This document shows positions 44,078-53,166 of a stretch of DNA of 64,000 nt, piece after piece; the stretch's first letter is position 1, and every line of letters starts with the position of its first letter. Both the position numbers and the translations under genes were made by a program. The notes beneath the pieces are model-generated. The model worked only from the letters and a program-made list of their open reading frames with translations, was not told the origin of the DNA and made no database searches. Source of the stretch: an uncultured Gammaproteobacteria bacterium (lineage in GTDB: Bacteria; Pseudomonadota; Gammaproteobacteria; UBA9214); contig CAVVHS010000009.1 of the NCBI GenBank assembly GCA_963748215.1, positions 403,919 to 467,918 on the forward strand, in the 5' to 3' direction.

Positions 44078-45364
44078 ATGAGCTCCGACGAGCACCTCGA
44101 CCAGGCGCGCGACAGCCTGGAACTGCTGTTGCAGGACAAGCGCCTGCCGCCGGAGGCGCGCACGGAGCTGGCCGACGATTTCCGGCAGGTGCAGGCCATG
44201 CTCGACAAGCTGGAGCACGGTCACATTCATATCGCGGTGCTGGGTCGCGTCAGTGTCGGCAAGTCCTCGGTGCTCAACGCCCTGATCGGTGAACGGCGCT
44301 TTTCCACCAGCGCCCTGCACGGCGAGACCAAACAGCACGCCATGGCGCACTGGGACGAGCAGGCCAGTGGTTCGCTGTTCCTGATCGATACACCGGGCAT
44401 CAACGAAATCGACGGCGAGGCGCGTGAGCGCATGGCGACCGAAGTATCGCAGCGCTCCGACCTGGTGCTGTTCGTCATCGACGGCGACATGACCGACAGC
44501 GAGTACCACGCGTTGCAGGGCCTGGCGCAGCAGCACCGGCCGCTGCTGCTGGTGCTGAACAAGTGCGACCGCTATTCCGCCGCGCAGCGCGCGCAGCTGC
44601 GCAGCAGCCTGCTGGCGCGGCTGGAACACCTCATCCCGCCCGGGAATTTCATCGAGGTGTCTGCCGATCCGGCGCCGCGCATCTATATCACCACGGATGC
44701 CGAGGGCCGGGAAACCGAGACCGAACGTTCGCCGCCGCCCGATGTCACGGCGCTGAAGGACCGTATCTGGGACATCCTCGAGGCGGAAGGCAAGACGCTG
44801 GCGGCACTCAATGCCAGCCTGTTTGCCGGCGACCTGAGCGACAGGGTCGGTGTGCGCGTACTGGCTGCGCGCCGCCGGCTGGGTGACAGGGTGGTGCGCA
44901 ACTACAGCCTGGTCAAGGGCATCGCGGTGGCCATCAATCCGGTGCCGATTGCGGACCTGGCGGCGGCGGTGACCGTGGATTTTTCCATGGTGGTGCACCT
45001 GGCCGATGTCTACGGCATGCCCATGACGCGCGCACAGTCCGGCAAGCTGATCAAGACCATCAGCAAGCAGTTGCTGCTGCTGATGGGCACTACCTGGTTC
45101 ATACACCTGGTGTCGTCGCTGCTGAAGGCAGGCAGCGGCGGCCTGTCGACCCTGCTGACCGCCGGCACGCAGGGTGCGGTGGCGTATTACTCGACCTACG
45201 TGGTCGGGCGCGCGGCGGAGGCCTACCTCGCGGCCGGCTGTTCCTGGGGCGAGGGCGGGCCGAAGCGGGTGATCCGCGATATTCTCGACAGCCTCGACCG
45301 CGACTCGATGCTGGCGCGGGCGCGCCAGGATATTCTCGCACGCATCGGCAGCACGCGCGCCTGA
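44078..45364 (+). CDS. Era/HSR1-like GTPase with DUF697 domain
   Basis: GRVSVGKSS, DTPG, NKCD, AINPVPIADL, SWGEGGPK. Confidence 0.88.
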   Translation: MSSDEHLDQARDSLELLLQDKRLPPEARTELADDFRQVQAMLDKLEHGHIHIAVLGRVSVGKSSVLNALIGERRFSTSALHGETKQHAMAHWDEQASGSLFLIDTPGINEIDGEARERMATEVSQRSDLVLFVIDGDMTDSEYHALQGLAQQHRPLLLVLNKCDRYSAAQRAQLRSSLLARLEHLIPPGNFIEVSADPAPRIYITTDAEGRETETERSPPPDVTALKDRIWDILEAEGKTLAALNASLFAGDLSDRVGVRVLAARRRLGDRVVRNYSLVKGIAVAINPVPIADLAAAVTVDFSMVVHLADVYGMPMTRAQSGKLIKTISKQLLLLMGTTWFIHLVSSLLKAGSGGLSTLLTAGTQGAVAYYSTYVVGRAAEAYLAAGCSWGEGGPKRVIRDILDSLDRDSMLARARQDILARIGSTRA

Positions 45365-45665
45365 GTCCGCGTGTCGGAGGTGCATTCTTGCCCTTAACAG
45401 CAAGCAGGGGCAGAGGGAAGGGCGAGGTTTCCTCCTGTCCCCGGTTTTTCATTCCGGAATTGAAAAAACAGGGTAATGCCTGACCAAGCCGGGCCAAACC
45501 CGCGAGGATTTGGTCATGCGCCATTGAACGTCAGCCTGACGATCGATGGTTGTGATGCTCCGGTACCGTATATTTACGGTAGCAACGATATCAGTGCCGT
45601 GAAGAATGCCGTTGTGCAGGAGACAGCCGGTGAGCGTTCAGGCATTGGTACGATAATTACACGGT

Positions 45666-46139
45666 TTATACCGCCTGTATTTTCTGCCGTGACCGGTTCA
45701 GGCTGGCCGGGTCGAAGTCCGCAGCGATGTAACCGAGGATCGACTGTCCCGCGGTGACGCCGTACATCACGGTCACGCACGGCCGACGGTTTGCCTGGCT
45801 GATGTAGGTGTCGCACAGAAACGCACCCTGGAAGGCCGCGTTGTTCAGCACCGACAGGCTGACGGAGTAGGGGCGCCGGGACAGGTCCTGGCCGTAGGCG
45901 TCGGTGTCGATCGCGCCGGTGCGGATATTGGAACTGACCTGGCGTCCATCGCTGTCGATGGCATAGAGCAATTCACAGTGCGGACAGACGCCGACGTTTT
46001 CGCTCAATACCTGGTCGAGCCGGCCGCGGTTGAACCAGACCCTGATCGAGCGCCGTGCGATCAGGCGCAATGATGTATCGAAGCGCTGGCCGAGCGCGTC
46101 GAAATCCTGTGGCCGGGTGTCCCGTAGTGTGTTGACCAT
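45666..46139 (-). CDS. Stand-alone PDC/Cache-like sensor domain protein
   Basis: LLYAIDSDGRQVSSN, GQDLSRRPY, YISQANRRPCVTV, GYIAADF. Confidence 0.7.
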   Translation of the reverse strand: MVNTLRDTRPQDFDALGQRFDTSLRLIARRSIRVWFNRGRLDQVLSENVGVCPHCELLYAIDSDGRQVSSNIRTGAIDTDAYGQDLSRRPYSVSLSVLNNAAFQGAFLCDTYISQANRRPCVTVMYGVTAGQSILGYIAADFDPASLNRSRQKIQAV

Positions 46140-46198
46140 GGCTGCCCCCGTTGACAGGCGGCATGTGCCGCCAAAAACACCAGCTTCACCAGGGGAAA

Positions 46199-46215
46199 TG
46201 CAGGATGCATGCCAG
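46199..46215 (-). promoter_or_regulatory. Possible sigma-54 promoter
   Basis: CTGGCATGCATCCTGCA (GG-N10-GC) about 60 bp upstream of the PDC gene. Confidence 0.4.
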
Positions 46216-46391
46216 TTGCCCAGGGATTCGGCAAGCACCTGTAAACAGCCGGTATTACCGTGCGTGCTGACAACCCTGCAGCGGACGGTGCGCACGAACC
46301 GTGTGCAGGACAGGCAGATTTGCCCAACACGGGTGCGGGCAGACAGCGCAATCCCGACGGGTCTCACGCGCATGCGGGAGACAGGCTCGGG

Positions 46392-46839
46392 CTATTCCAG
46401 GCAGTCGGGGACGTGATATTCCTGGTCCAGTCCGTAGACTTCGTCGAAGCTGCCGTCGCAATCGCTGTCCCGGATGACATAGTTGTCGATGCCGCTGGTC
46501 GGAGTCGCGTGTATCCAGGCTCCAGGCCCAGAGTCGGTCCCTGGTGGTCATGCTGAACAAACTGTCACCGTTTATGCTCATGTACTGCATGATATGAGTT
46601 TCGTTCTCGCCGTCACCGTCACCGTCGGCATCGCGTTCGGAGTGCAGGGTAAAACCCTCCAGTCCCGGCGGCGTGAAGTTCTCGGCGTGCGCGATCGGCA
46701 GGTATAAGAGTGCCCCGACGATAATGACCAGCCAGGGTGTGACCAGCCGTGCGCCGGGCTGATGCACCGCTGTCAGGCCGGTTTGGTCTGTGAGTTTGCT
46801 GTTGCCGGCGACCGGCCGGCACGGGAATTGTTTGATCAT
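46392..46839 (-). CDS. Exported acidic hypothetical protein, frameshift near 46495
   Basis: Hydrophobic leader then ERDADGDGDGENETH..WAWSLD; the other frame continues NYVIRDSDCDGSFDEVY..VPDCLE*. Confidence 0.6.
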
Positions 46840-47237
46840 GGTTTTATACTCTTCTGTGTGACCGCGTTGTTTTCCGGAATCTGCGCCTGTGTGACGACAA
46901 CCCCCCTTGCCACAGTGGATCAGAATGCCATGGCTACATACAGCCGTCCTGCGGTGCGCATGCACTGTGGGGATGCTGTCATAACCGTCAGCCTCGATTG
47001 TACTTGTAAAATAGCATTATTTGTAATTCCAGGCTGTGAGCCGGCCACGCGCCGTGGTCGATGACAGGCAGGGTGAGAGGCCGGGGGCACAGGTTCAGCG
47101 TCTACCCTGGTCAACCAGGGCCGCGATCAGGGGCAGACAGCCTGCAGCAGGAAACCGCCGCCCGCTGGCAAGCCAGGTCACCTGGTCGCAAGCCGCCCGG
47201 CCGCCTGCGCCACGGACGCTGTGTACCGCGTGCGGAC

Positions 47238-47747
47238 TCAGCCCACCGGCTGCAGAGACTTGGCGTAGATCACCTTGCCGTCGCCCGGCGCGTAGAAATC
47301 CGGCAGCCGGGCCGCGGCGTGAAACCCCGTGCCTTCGTAGAATTTGCGCGTCGGCGCATACTGCGCGCGCGAGGACGTTTCGGCATACACCAGGCGTCCG
47401 CCCGACGCGCCGATGTGCGCCTCGGTTGCCTCGAGCAGTCGGCGTCCATAGCCCCGGCCCTGTTGATCCGGCGCCACGACGATCCAGTACAGGTCATAGC
47501 TGCCGGCGGTGCCGGGGATCTCGCCATAACAGGTGTAGCCCAGCAGGGTGCCCGACTGCTCGAGCAGCAGGAAGCGGTAGCCACTGGCCGCTCCGCGGGC
47601 GAGGGCTTCCTCGACCAGCTCGGCGGCAATGCCGACTTCATCGTTACTGAAAAACCCGGTTGCCTGCACCAGTGCGCGCACGGCAGCGATGTCCGCCGGC
47701 TGCAGCGCCGTGCGCAGCACCGGGTCAGCTGCGCTTGCCTGTGCCAC
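47238..47747 (-). CDS. GNAT N-acetyltransferase
   Basis: YDLYWIVV, QQGRGYGRRL, ETSSRAQYAPTRKFY; GTG start immediately after the upstream stop. Confidence 0.88.
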   Translation of the reverse strand: MAQASAADPVLRTALQPADIAAVRALVQATGFFSNDEVGIAAELVEEALARGAASGYRFLLLEQSGTLLGYTCYGEIPGTAGSYDLYWIVVAPDQQGRGYGRRLLEATEAHIGASGGRLVYAETSSRAQYAPTRKFYEGTGFHAAARLPDFYAPGDGKVIYAKSLQPVG

Positions 47748-47748
47748 G

Positions 47749-49509
47749 TCAAGGTCCCTTGCTGCGCGGCGGCTGCGCCGGGTGCATGCCTTCCCAGAGC
47801 CCCTGGAAGAAATGTCTGGCATTCTGTCCCAGCGAACGCGTGCGGTAACCACCCTCCTGGGTAACCAGCGTCGGCAGGCCCAGCGCGCCGATCATGCGGC
47901 CGTTTTCGTGAAAGTCCCTGGTGGTCAGGGTAAACGAGCCGGTCGGGTCGCCCTTCGCGGTATCCAGGCCGAGCCCCAGCACCAGGTAGCGCGGTTCGAA
48001 GCGGGCGACCTGTTTCAGCGCACGCGCGAGATGCTGCCGGTAAGCGGCACCGTCCAGTCCTTCCGGCAGCGGAATGTTGAGGTTGTAACCCAGTCCCTCG
48101 CCTTCCCCGCGTTCGTCCTCGAAACCACTGAAGTAGGGGTAGGTCATGCGCGGGTGGCCGTGCAACGATATCGTGAACACGTCGGCGCGCTGGTAGAAGA
48201 TGTTTTCCGTGCCGTTGCCATGATGATAGTCCACGTCGAGCACCACGACCTTGCCGTAGCGGCTCAGGTAGTTGGCCGCGACCGCCGCGGAATTGAAATA
48301 GCAGAACCCGCCGAAGCTGCCGCGTTCGGCATGGTGGCCGGGCGGGCGCACCAGGGCGTAGGCCGCACGGTAGCCGTCCACCAGGCACTGCGCGCCGGTC
48401 AGCGCGCAGTCGACGGCGCCGAGTGCCGCCAGCGAGGCATTGCGGTTCAGCGGTGTGAAGGTGTCGATGCAGTAATAGCCGGCGCGTAGCGGCAGGTCAT
48501 GTGGCGGGCGTGCTGCATTGCGGATCGGGAACACGTACGGGTAGACCGACTTGCCTTCCGGTACCCGCGCACAGGCATGCAACAGGTACTGGACGAAATC
48601 CCGATCATGCACGGCCCTGATCCAGGACTGCGGAAATTTGCGTGCCGGCATGCGTTCGAAGAAACCCGGTTTTTCCAGTTCCTGCAGGATCACCTTGATG
48701 CGCACCGGCGATTCCACGTAGCCACGCTCGCGTACGTGGTGGATATCGTGCTTGTCGTTGACGATCAGCGCGATGCGTCGCTCGCGCACCGGTGCCGGCG
48801 CCGTCTTGCCGGCGCCGCGGATATAGCGCGGCGCGCGCAGCTGCACGGGGTCGTCCTTGATGGAGGCGATGACAAGCTCGACATAGTCCTGCGGACACAG
48901 CTCGCCGTACTTCCTGTCCAGGATGGCGCGTACGATGCGGCGCGCCGCGGCACGACCCAGCGGCTGGTCGCTGCCGAGCGGGTCCATGACCAGGTAGGGC
49001 GGGTTGTCGTCACCGGGCCTGACCGGTGTCTCGTAGGCGGTGTTGGCCAGCGGACGTGCGCCATAGCGTTCGTAGAATTTCAGGCGTGCCGCGTTCTGCG
49101 CGCGTACCTCCGGGTCGGGCGACAGGGCCGGATCGTCGGGCAGGCATTCGAAGAACAGCCCGGTCACATCCAGCGCGGCGGCTTCCTCGCGTACCCGTTC
49201 GTACAGTGCCCCGCCGATGCCGCCACCGGTGCCGCCGGGCGCGGCGCTGATGTACTCCAGGTAGGCGAAACGCAGGTCCGGCGCATGCAGCAACAGCGCG
49301 AACCCGCGCAGCTCGCCATGGCCCTTTTCCGCGGCCAGCAGCTGGGCATGGAAGCGGTGCTTGAGCGGATCGTGCAGCTGGTTCGGCAGCTTGGCGATGT
49401 CGTCTTCACCCAGGCCGGGAAACTGCGCGCGCAGGATGGCCTGTGCCTGCGCGATGGCCGCCTGGTTGGCAGGCGTGGCGTCGTCGTAGATCTTGCGGAT
49501 CAGGAACAT
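47749..49509 (-). CDS. GNAT domain fused to a histone deacetylase / acetylpolyamine amidohydrolase domain
   Basis: N-terminal GGGIGGALY..RLKFYERYG; C-terminal RPPGHHA, GGFCYFN, DVDYHHGNGT, GLDTAKGDP, QEGGY. Confidence 0.9.
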   Translation of the reverse strand: MFLIRKIYDDATPANQAAIAQAQAILRAQFPGLGEDDIAKLPNQLHDPLKHRFHAQLLAAEKGHGELRGFALLLHAPDLRFAYLEYISAAPGGTGGGIGGALYERVREEAAALDVTGLFFECLPDDPALSPDPEVRAQNAARLKFYERYGARPLANTAYETPVRPGDDNPPYLVMDPLGSDQPLGRAAARRIVRAILDRKYGELCPQDYVELVIASIKDDPVQLRAPRYIRGAGKTAPAPVRERRIALIVNDKHDIHHVRERGYVESPVRIKVILQELEKPGFFERMPARKFPQSWIRAVHDRDFVQYLLHACARVPEGKSVYPYVFPIRNAARPPHDLPLRAGYYCIDTFTPLNRNASLAALGAVDCALTGAQCLVDGYRAAYALVRPPGHHAERGSFGGFCYFNSAAVAANYLSRYGKVVVLDVDYHHGNGTENIFYQRADVFTISLHGHPRMTYPYFSGFEDERGEGEGLGYNLNIPLPEGLDGAAYRQHLARALKQVARFEPRYLVLGLGLDTAKGDPTGSFTLTTRDFHENGRMIGALGLPTLVTQEGGYRTRSLGQNARHFFQGLWEGMHPAQPPRSKGP

Positions 49510-49527
49510 GGATACCTGCGGGGGCTG

Positions 49528-50550
49528 TCAGCCCAGTGAAGCGACTTGTGTACGGGCCGGGGCGGTCGTGCTGTCAGGCAGCCGGACACGCGCCACGATG
49601 TGTCCTATCAAATCGGTGAAGTCCAGGCCTGCCTCGGCTGCGGCAGCGGCAAAACCCGCGTCCGGCGACAGGCAGGGGTTGGTGTTGATTTCCAGCACCT
49701 GCGGCTCGCCCCGGGTATCGATGCGAATGTCGACACGGGCATAACCGCGCAGGCCGAACAACTGCCAGCATGCCCGCCCCAGCACCTGCAGGGTATTGTC
49801 GAGCGCAGTCTCGGCACCGGCCTGGATAAATCGCCGCGGCGTGTGATGGTACTCGAACGCCTCGCTGTCCCACTTGGCGGCGTAATTCACGATGCGCGGC
49901 TTGCCGTCCGGAAAGGCGGAAAAGTCGATTTCCGCGACGGGCAGGATGCGCACGCCCGTTGCGTCCTCCAGCAGGGCGATGTTGTACTCGCGACCGTCGA
50001 CAAAACGTTCGGCAAACCATGTGCCGCCGTAGCGCTCGCGCTGTTGTGCGATGCGCGCACGGATCGTATCGCCGCCGCTGACGATGGCGTGGTCGTCGAT
50101 ACCGATGGAGGCATGTTCCCAGACCGACTTGACGATCCAGCTGCCGGTCCCGGCGTCGCTGCCATCCTCGCTCCAGGCGGGGGTCGCCACGCCGTGCGTA
50201 GCGAGCCAGCGTTTCGCCAGCAGCTTGTTCGAGGTGAGAAACTGCGCGTCCGCGCCGGCGCCGGTATAGGGGATGCCGAGGCGGTCGAGCAGTTGCGGCA
50301 CCCAGGCGATGAAAGCCCCCTGGCCATTCAGCGATTCGACCAGGTTGAAAGCCAGCGCCGGCCGCGAGCGCAGCAGCTCGTGTTGCAGCTTGTCGAGGTT
50401 CGTGGTGACGGCCCGCAGCAGCGGCTGGTAGCCGTGCGCGCGCAGGGCGGCTGCCACTGCCTCGGCCTCGATCAGCGCATCCTGCTCATCGGGCGGGGCA
50501 TTGGCCGGGACGGCGCCGTACAACACCGCAACACGCAACTTGCCGGTCAT
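49528..50550 (-). CDS. D-Ala-D-Ala ligase-like ATP-grasp enzyme (non-canonical) 2
   Basis: FNLVES, IPYTGA, IVKSVWEHASIGI, GYARVDIR, LEINTNP. Confidence 0.88.
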   Translation of the reverse strand: MTGKLRVAVLYGAVPANAPPDEQDALIEAEAVAAALRAHGYQPLLRAVTTNLDKLQHELLRSRPALAFNLVESLNGQGAFIAWVPQLLDRLGIPYTGAGADAQFLTSNKLLAKRWLATHGVATPAWSEDGSDAGTGSWIVKSVWEHASIGIDDHAIVSGGDTIRARIAQQRERYGGTWFAERFVDGREYNIALLEDATGVRILPVAEIDFSAFPDGKPRIVNYAAKWDSEAFEYHHTPRRFIQAGAETALDNTLQVLGRACWQLFGLRGYARVDIRIDTRGEPQVLEINTNPCLSPDAGFAAAAAEAGLDFTDLIGHIVARVRLPDSTTAPARTQVASLG

Positions 50551-51557
50551 GACGTGGCCGCCTGCAGCGCGGGCGCCATGCCCATGGGGAGCCGCTGCAG
50601 TGCCGCCTCCAGGATCGTGCCGATCAGATCGCGGTATTCGATGCCCTGGAAGCGCGCGATGAAGGCGAGATCGGAGCGTTCCGGGTTGAGTCCCGCGAGC
50701 GGGTTGACCTCGATGAAGTGCGGCGTGCCGTCTGCGGCAAGTCGCACGTCGACCCGGCCCCCGTCGCGGCAACCGAGCGCGCGCCAGGCGTCGAGCGCGA
50801 CCTGCCCGGCCGCGTTTGCATCGGGGCCGCGTACCAGCCGGTATTCGCAGCGCGACTCGAACGCTTCCTTGTTGAGGAACGAGTACACTTCGCTGTCGCC
50901 TGCGCCGGTCGCCAGCACTTCCAGCACGCCGAGCGGGCGCGCATCGTTGCCGCTGCCGACGATGCCGACGGTGAACTCCCTGCCCGGCAGGAAGGTCTCC
51001 ACGAGCACCGGCTGCGCGTAGCGCGCGAGCAGGTCACGGCAGGTCGCGCCAAGGGTGGCGTGATCGTTGATCTTCGAGGCCGCGCTGATACCCTTGCTGG
51101 TGCCTTCCGCCACCGGCTTGGCGAACAGTGGCAGCGGCAGGCCGATGTGTGCGAGGTCCGCCGGGGTTTCCACCAGGATGAAGTCCGGCGTCGCTATTCC
51201 GCAGTCACGCACCACATGCTTGGCGAGTCCCTTGTGCAGGCACAGCGCCAGCGTGGTTGCATCGGAAAAGGTGTACGGGATGCGGTACGCGTCGAGCAGC
51301 GCCGGAATCTGCGCCTCACGTGCATGGCCGTACACACCCTCGGCGATGTTGAACACCAGGTCCCAGCGCTCGCCGGCCAGCAGCCGCGGCATCAGCGCCG
51401 CCAGGTTGCCGATCGGCTCGACGCTGTGGCCGAAGCTTTCAATGGCCGCGCGGATGGCGTCGATGGTCTCCGGTCGGTCGAATTCAGCCGCGGCTTCCTC
51501 GTCGAAACCCTGTGCGAGGTACTCGTCGCGCAGGTCGTAGGTAAAGCCTATTCTCAC
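50547..51557 (-). CDS. D-Ala-D-Ala ligase-like ATP-grasp enzyme (non-canonical) 1
   Basis: FNIAEG, IPYTFS, FAKPVAEGTSKGI, GRVDVR, IEVNPLAG. Confidence 0.9.
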   Translation of the reverse strand: MRIGFTYDLRDEYLAQGFDEEAAAEFDRPETIDAIRAAIESFGHSVEPIGNLAALMPRLLAGERWDLVFNIAEGVYGHAREAQIPALLDAYRIPYTFSDATTLALCLHKGLAKHVVRDCGIATPDFILVETPADLAHIGLPLPLFAKPVAEGTSKGISAASKINDHATLGATCRDLLARYAQPVLVETFLPGREFTVGIVGSGNDARPLGVLEVLATGAGDSEVYSFLNKEAFESRCEYRLVRGPDANAAGQVALDAWRALGCRDGGRVDVRLAADGTPHFIEVNPLAGLNPERSDLAFIARFQGIEYRDLIGTILEAALQRLPMGMAPALQAATS

Positions 51558-52867
51558 GAGTCCTGCTCCTTGGGCGTTACAGCCACGGCGCCGGTCACGG
51601 CCGGGTCATGGTAGCGGTACAGCCTGTTTTCGAAGTTGCGCAGCACCAGGTCGTCGCCGTCGCGGCCGACGACGTAGTCCGGCACCAGCGGGATCTTGCC
51701 GCCGCCGCCGGGGGCGTCGATGACGTAGTGCGGGACGGCATAACCGGTGGTGTGGCCGCGCAAGCCGCGGATGATCTCCAGGCCCTTCTCGACCGGGGTG
51801 CGGAAATGCGCCGAGCCGGTGATGGGATCGCACTGGTACAGATAGTAGGGTCGTACGCGTATCTTCAGCAGCTCGTGCATGAGTTTCTTCATGGTCTCGA
51901 CATTGTCGTTGATGCCGGCGAGCAGCACGGTCTGGCTGCCCAGCGGTACACCGGCATCGGCCAGCCTGCCGCAGGCCTCGGCGACTTCGGGCGTGATTTC
52001 ATCGGGGTGCGTGAAGTGAATGGACAGCCATACCGGTCCGTAGCGGCGGAACAGGCGCAGCAGGGCGGGCGTGATGCGCTGCGGCAGCACGGCCGGCACC
52101 TTGGTGCCGATGCGCACGAACTCGACGTGCGGGATCTTTTTCAGACGCGTGAGCAGGTACTCCAGCTTGTCGTCGTCCAGGCTGAGCGGATCGCCGCCCG
52201 ACAGCAGTACGTCGCGAATGGTCGGGGTGCGCTCGATGTAGTCGAGTGCCGCCTCGTGGTCGCTGCGCCGGATGGCCTTCTCGCCGGCCGCGCCGACCAG
52301 CCGCGAGCGCGTGCAATAGCGGCAATAGGTGGTGCAGATGCCCGTGACCAGGAACAGCACCCGGTCCGGGTAGCGGTGCACGAGGCCCGGCACCGGGCTG
52401 TCGTGGTCCTCGCCCAGCGGATCGTCTGCCTCGCCGGGGCTCCTCAGGTATTCACCGGTCACCGGTATCACCGACTTGCGCAGTGGCTGGGTCGGATCGG
52501 TCGCGTGCAGCAGGCTGGCATAGTAGGGCGTAATGCCGACCGGCAGCGGTCCGGTGTGACGCTCGATGGCCTCGCGTTCGTCCGCACTTGGCTCGATGAT
52601 GCGTGCCAGCTCGCGCAGGTCGCGGATGCGGTTACGGTTCTGCCAGCGCCAGTCATTCCAGTCGCGCACACTGGCCTCCGGGAAGAACTGCTTGCGGAAG
52701 GCGTGACTGCGCGGGCTTATGGTCAGCCGGGGAACGGGGTGTGCGAGATTGCGGGTGAGGGAGACGAGATGCGGGGCAACGGGGCCTGAACAGGCATTGC
52801 TCTGGCGGGTTTGTGCAACAAGTCCTGGAGGCTCTTCCTCTTCGGCAAGCACGATCTGTTTCTTCAT
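51554..52867 (-). CDS. kamA: KamA-family radical SAM/PLP aminomutase, probably lysine 2,3-aminomutase
   Basis: GLVHRYPDR, CTTYCRYCTR, LSGGDPL, YLYQCD, IDAPGGGGKIP. Confidence 0.92.
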   Translation of the reverse strand: MKKQIVLAEEEEPPGLVAQTRQSNACSGPVAPHLVSLTRNLAHPVPRLTISPRSHAFRKQFFPEASVRDWNDWRWQNRNRIRDLRELARIIEPSADEREAIERHTGPLPVGITPYYASLLHATDPTQPLRKSVIPVTGEYLRSPGEADDPLGEDHDSPVPGLVHRYPDRVLFLVTGICTTYCRYCTRSRLVGAAGEKAIRRSDHEAALDYIERTPTIRDVLLSGGDPLSLDDDKLEYLLTRLKKIPHVEFVRIGTKVPAVLPQRITPALLRLFRRYGPVWLSIHFTHPDEITPEVAEACGRLADAGVPLGSQTVLLAGINDNVETMKKLMHELLKIRVRPYYLYQCDPITGSAHFRTPVEKGLEIIRGLRGHTTGYAVPHYVIDAPGGGGKIPLVPDYVVGRDGDDLVLRNFENRLYRYHDPAVTGAVAVTPKEQDS

Positions 52868-53166
52868 GATATATCCTCGTAACGTTCAGCAGCCGGTGAC
52901 TGCGTGCAGGTCGTGAGCGGCTGATCCTGCAAAAGATTTAACCGTTCCGTCCCGGGTTGACTTCCCGTTGCCTTTTAGCTGGTGAAGACGCATGCCGCCG
53001 GTTTTGGAATCTGCGCAATCATAGGGATGGGCGGATAAAAAACAAGACGTCCGGTGAAATATATTTACCCTGCCGGCGCGGCTGTCCATGCCTGATCGAC
53101 GGGGCCATGCCCCGCTTCCCGGATCATGCCGGCACGTTGCTGACAGCGCCCTTGCGCCGTGCCTGT

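Noticed and set aside
47040-47235. GC-rich intergenic stretch as a possible structured ncRNA
   Set aside because: Only short hairpins; I could not match it to any RNA family by eye. An Rfam/Infernal scan would settle it.
49528-51557. Housekeeping ddl or van-type resistance ligases
   Set aside because: They lack the canonical Ddl N-terminal motif and have no mur/fts or vanHX context.
51554-52867. KamA as EpmB (EF-P modification) or as part of lysine fermentation
   Set aside because: No efp/epmA and no kamDE/kdd/kce genes nearby; it is coupled to ATP-grasp genes instead.
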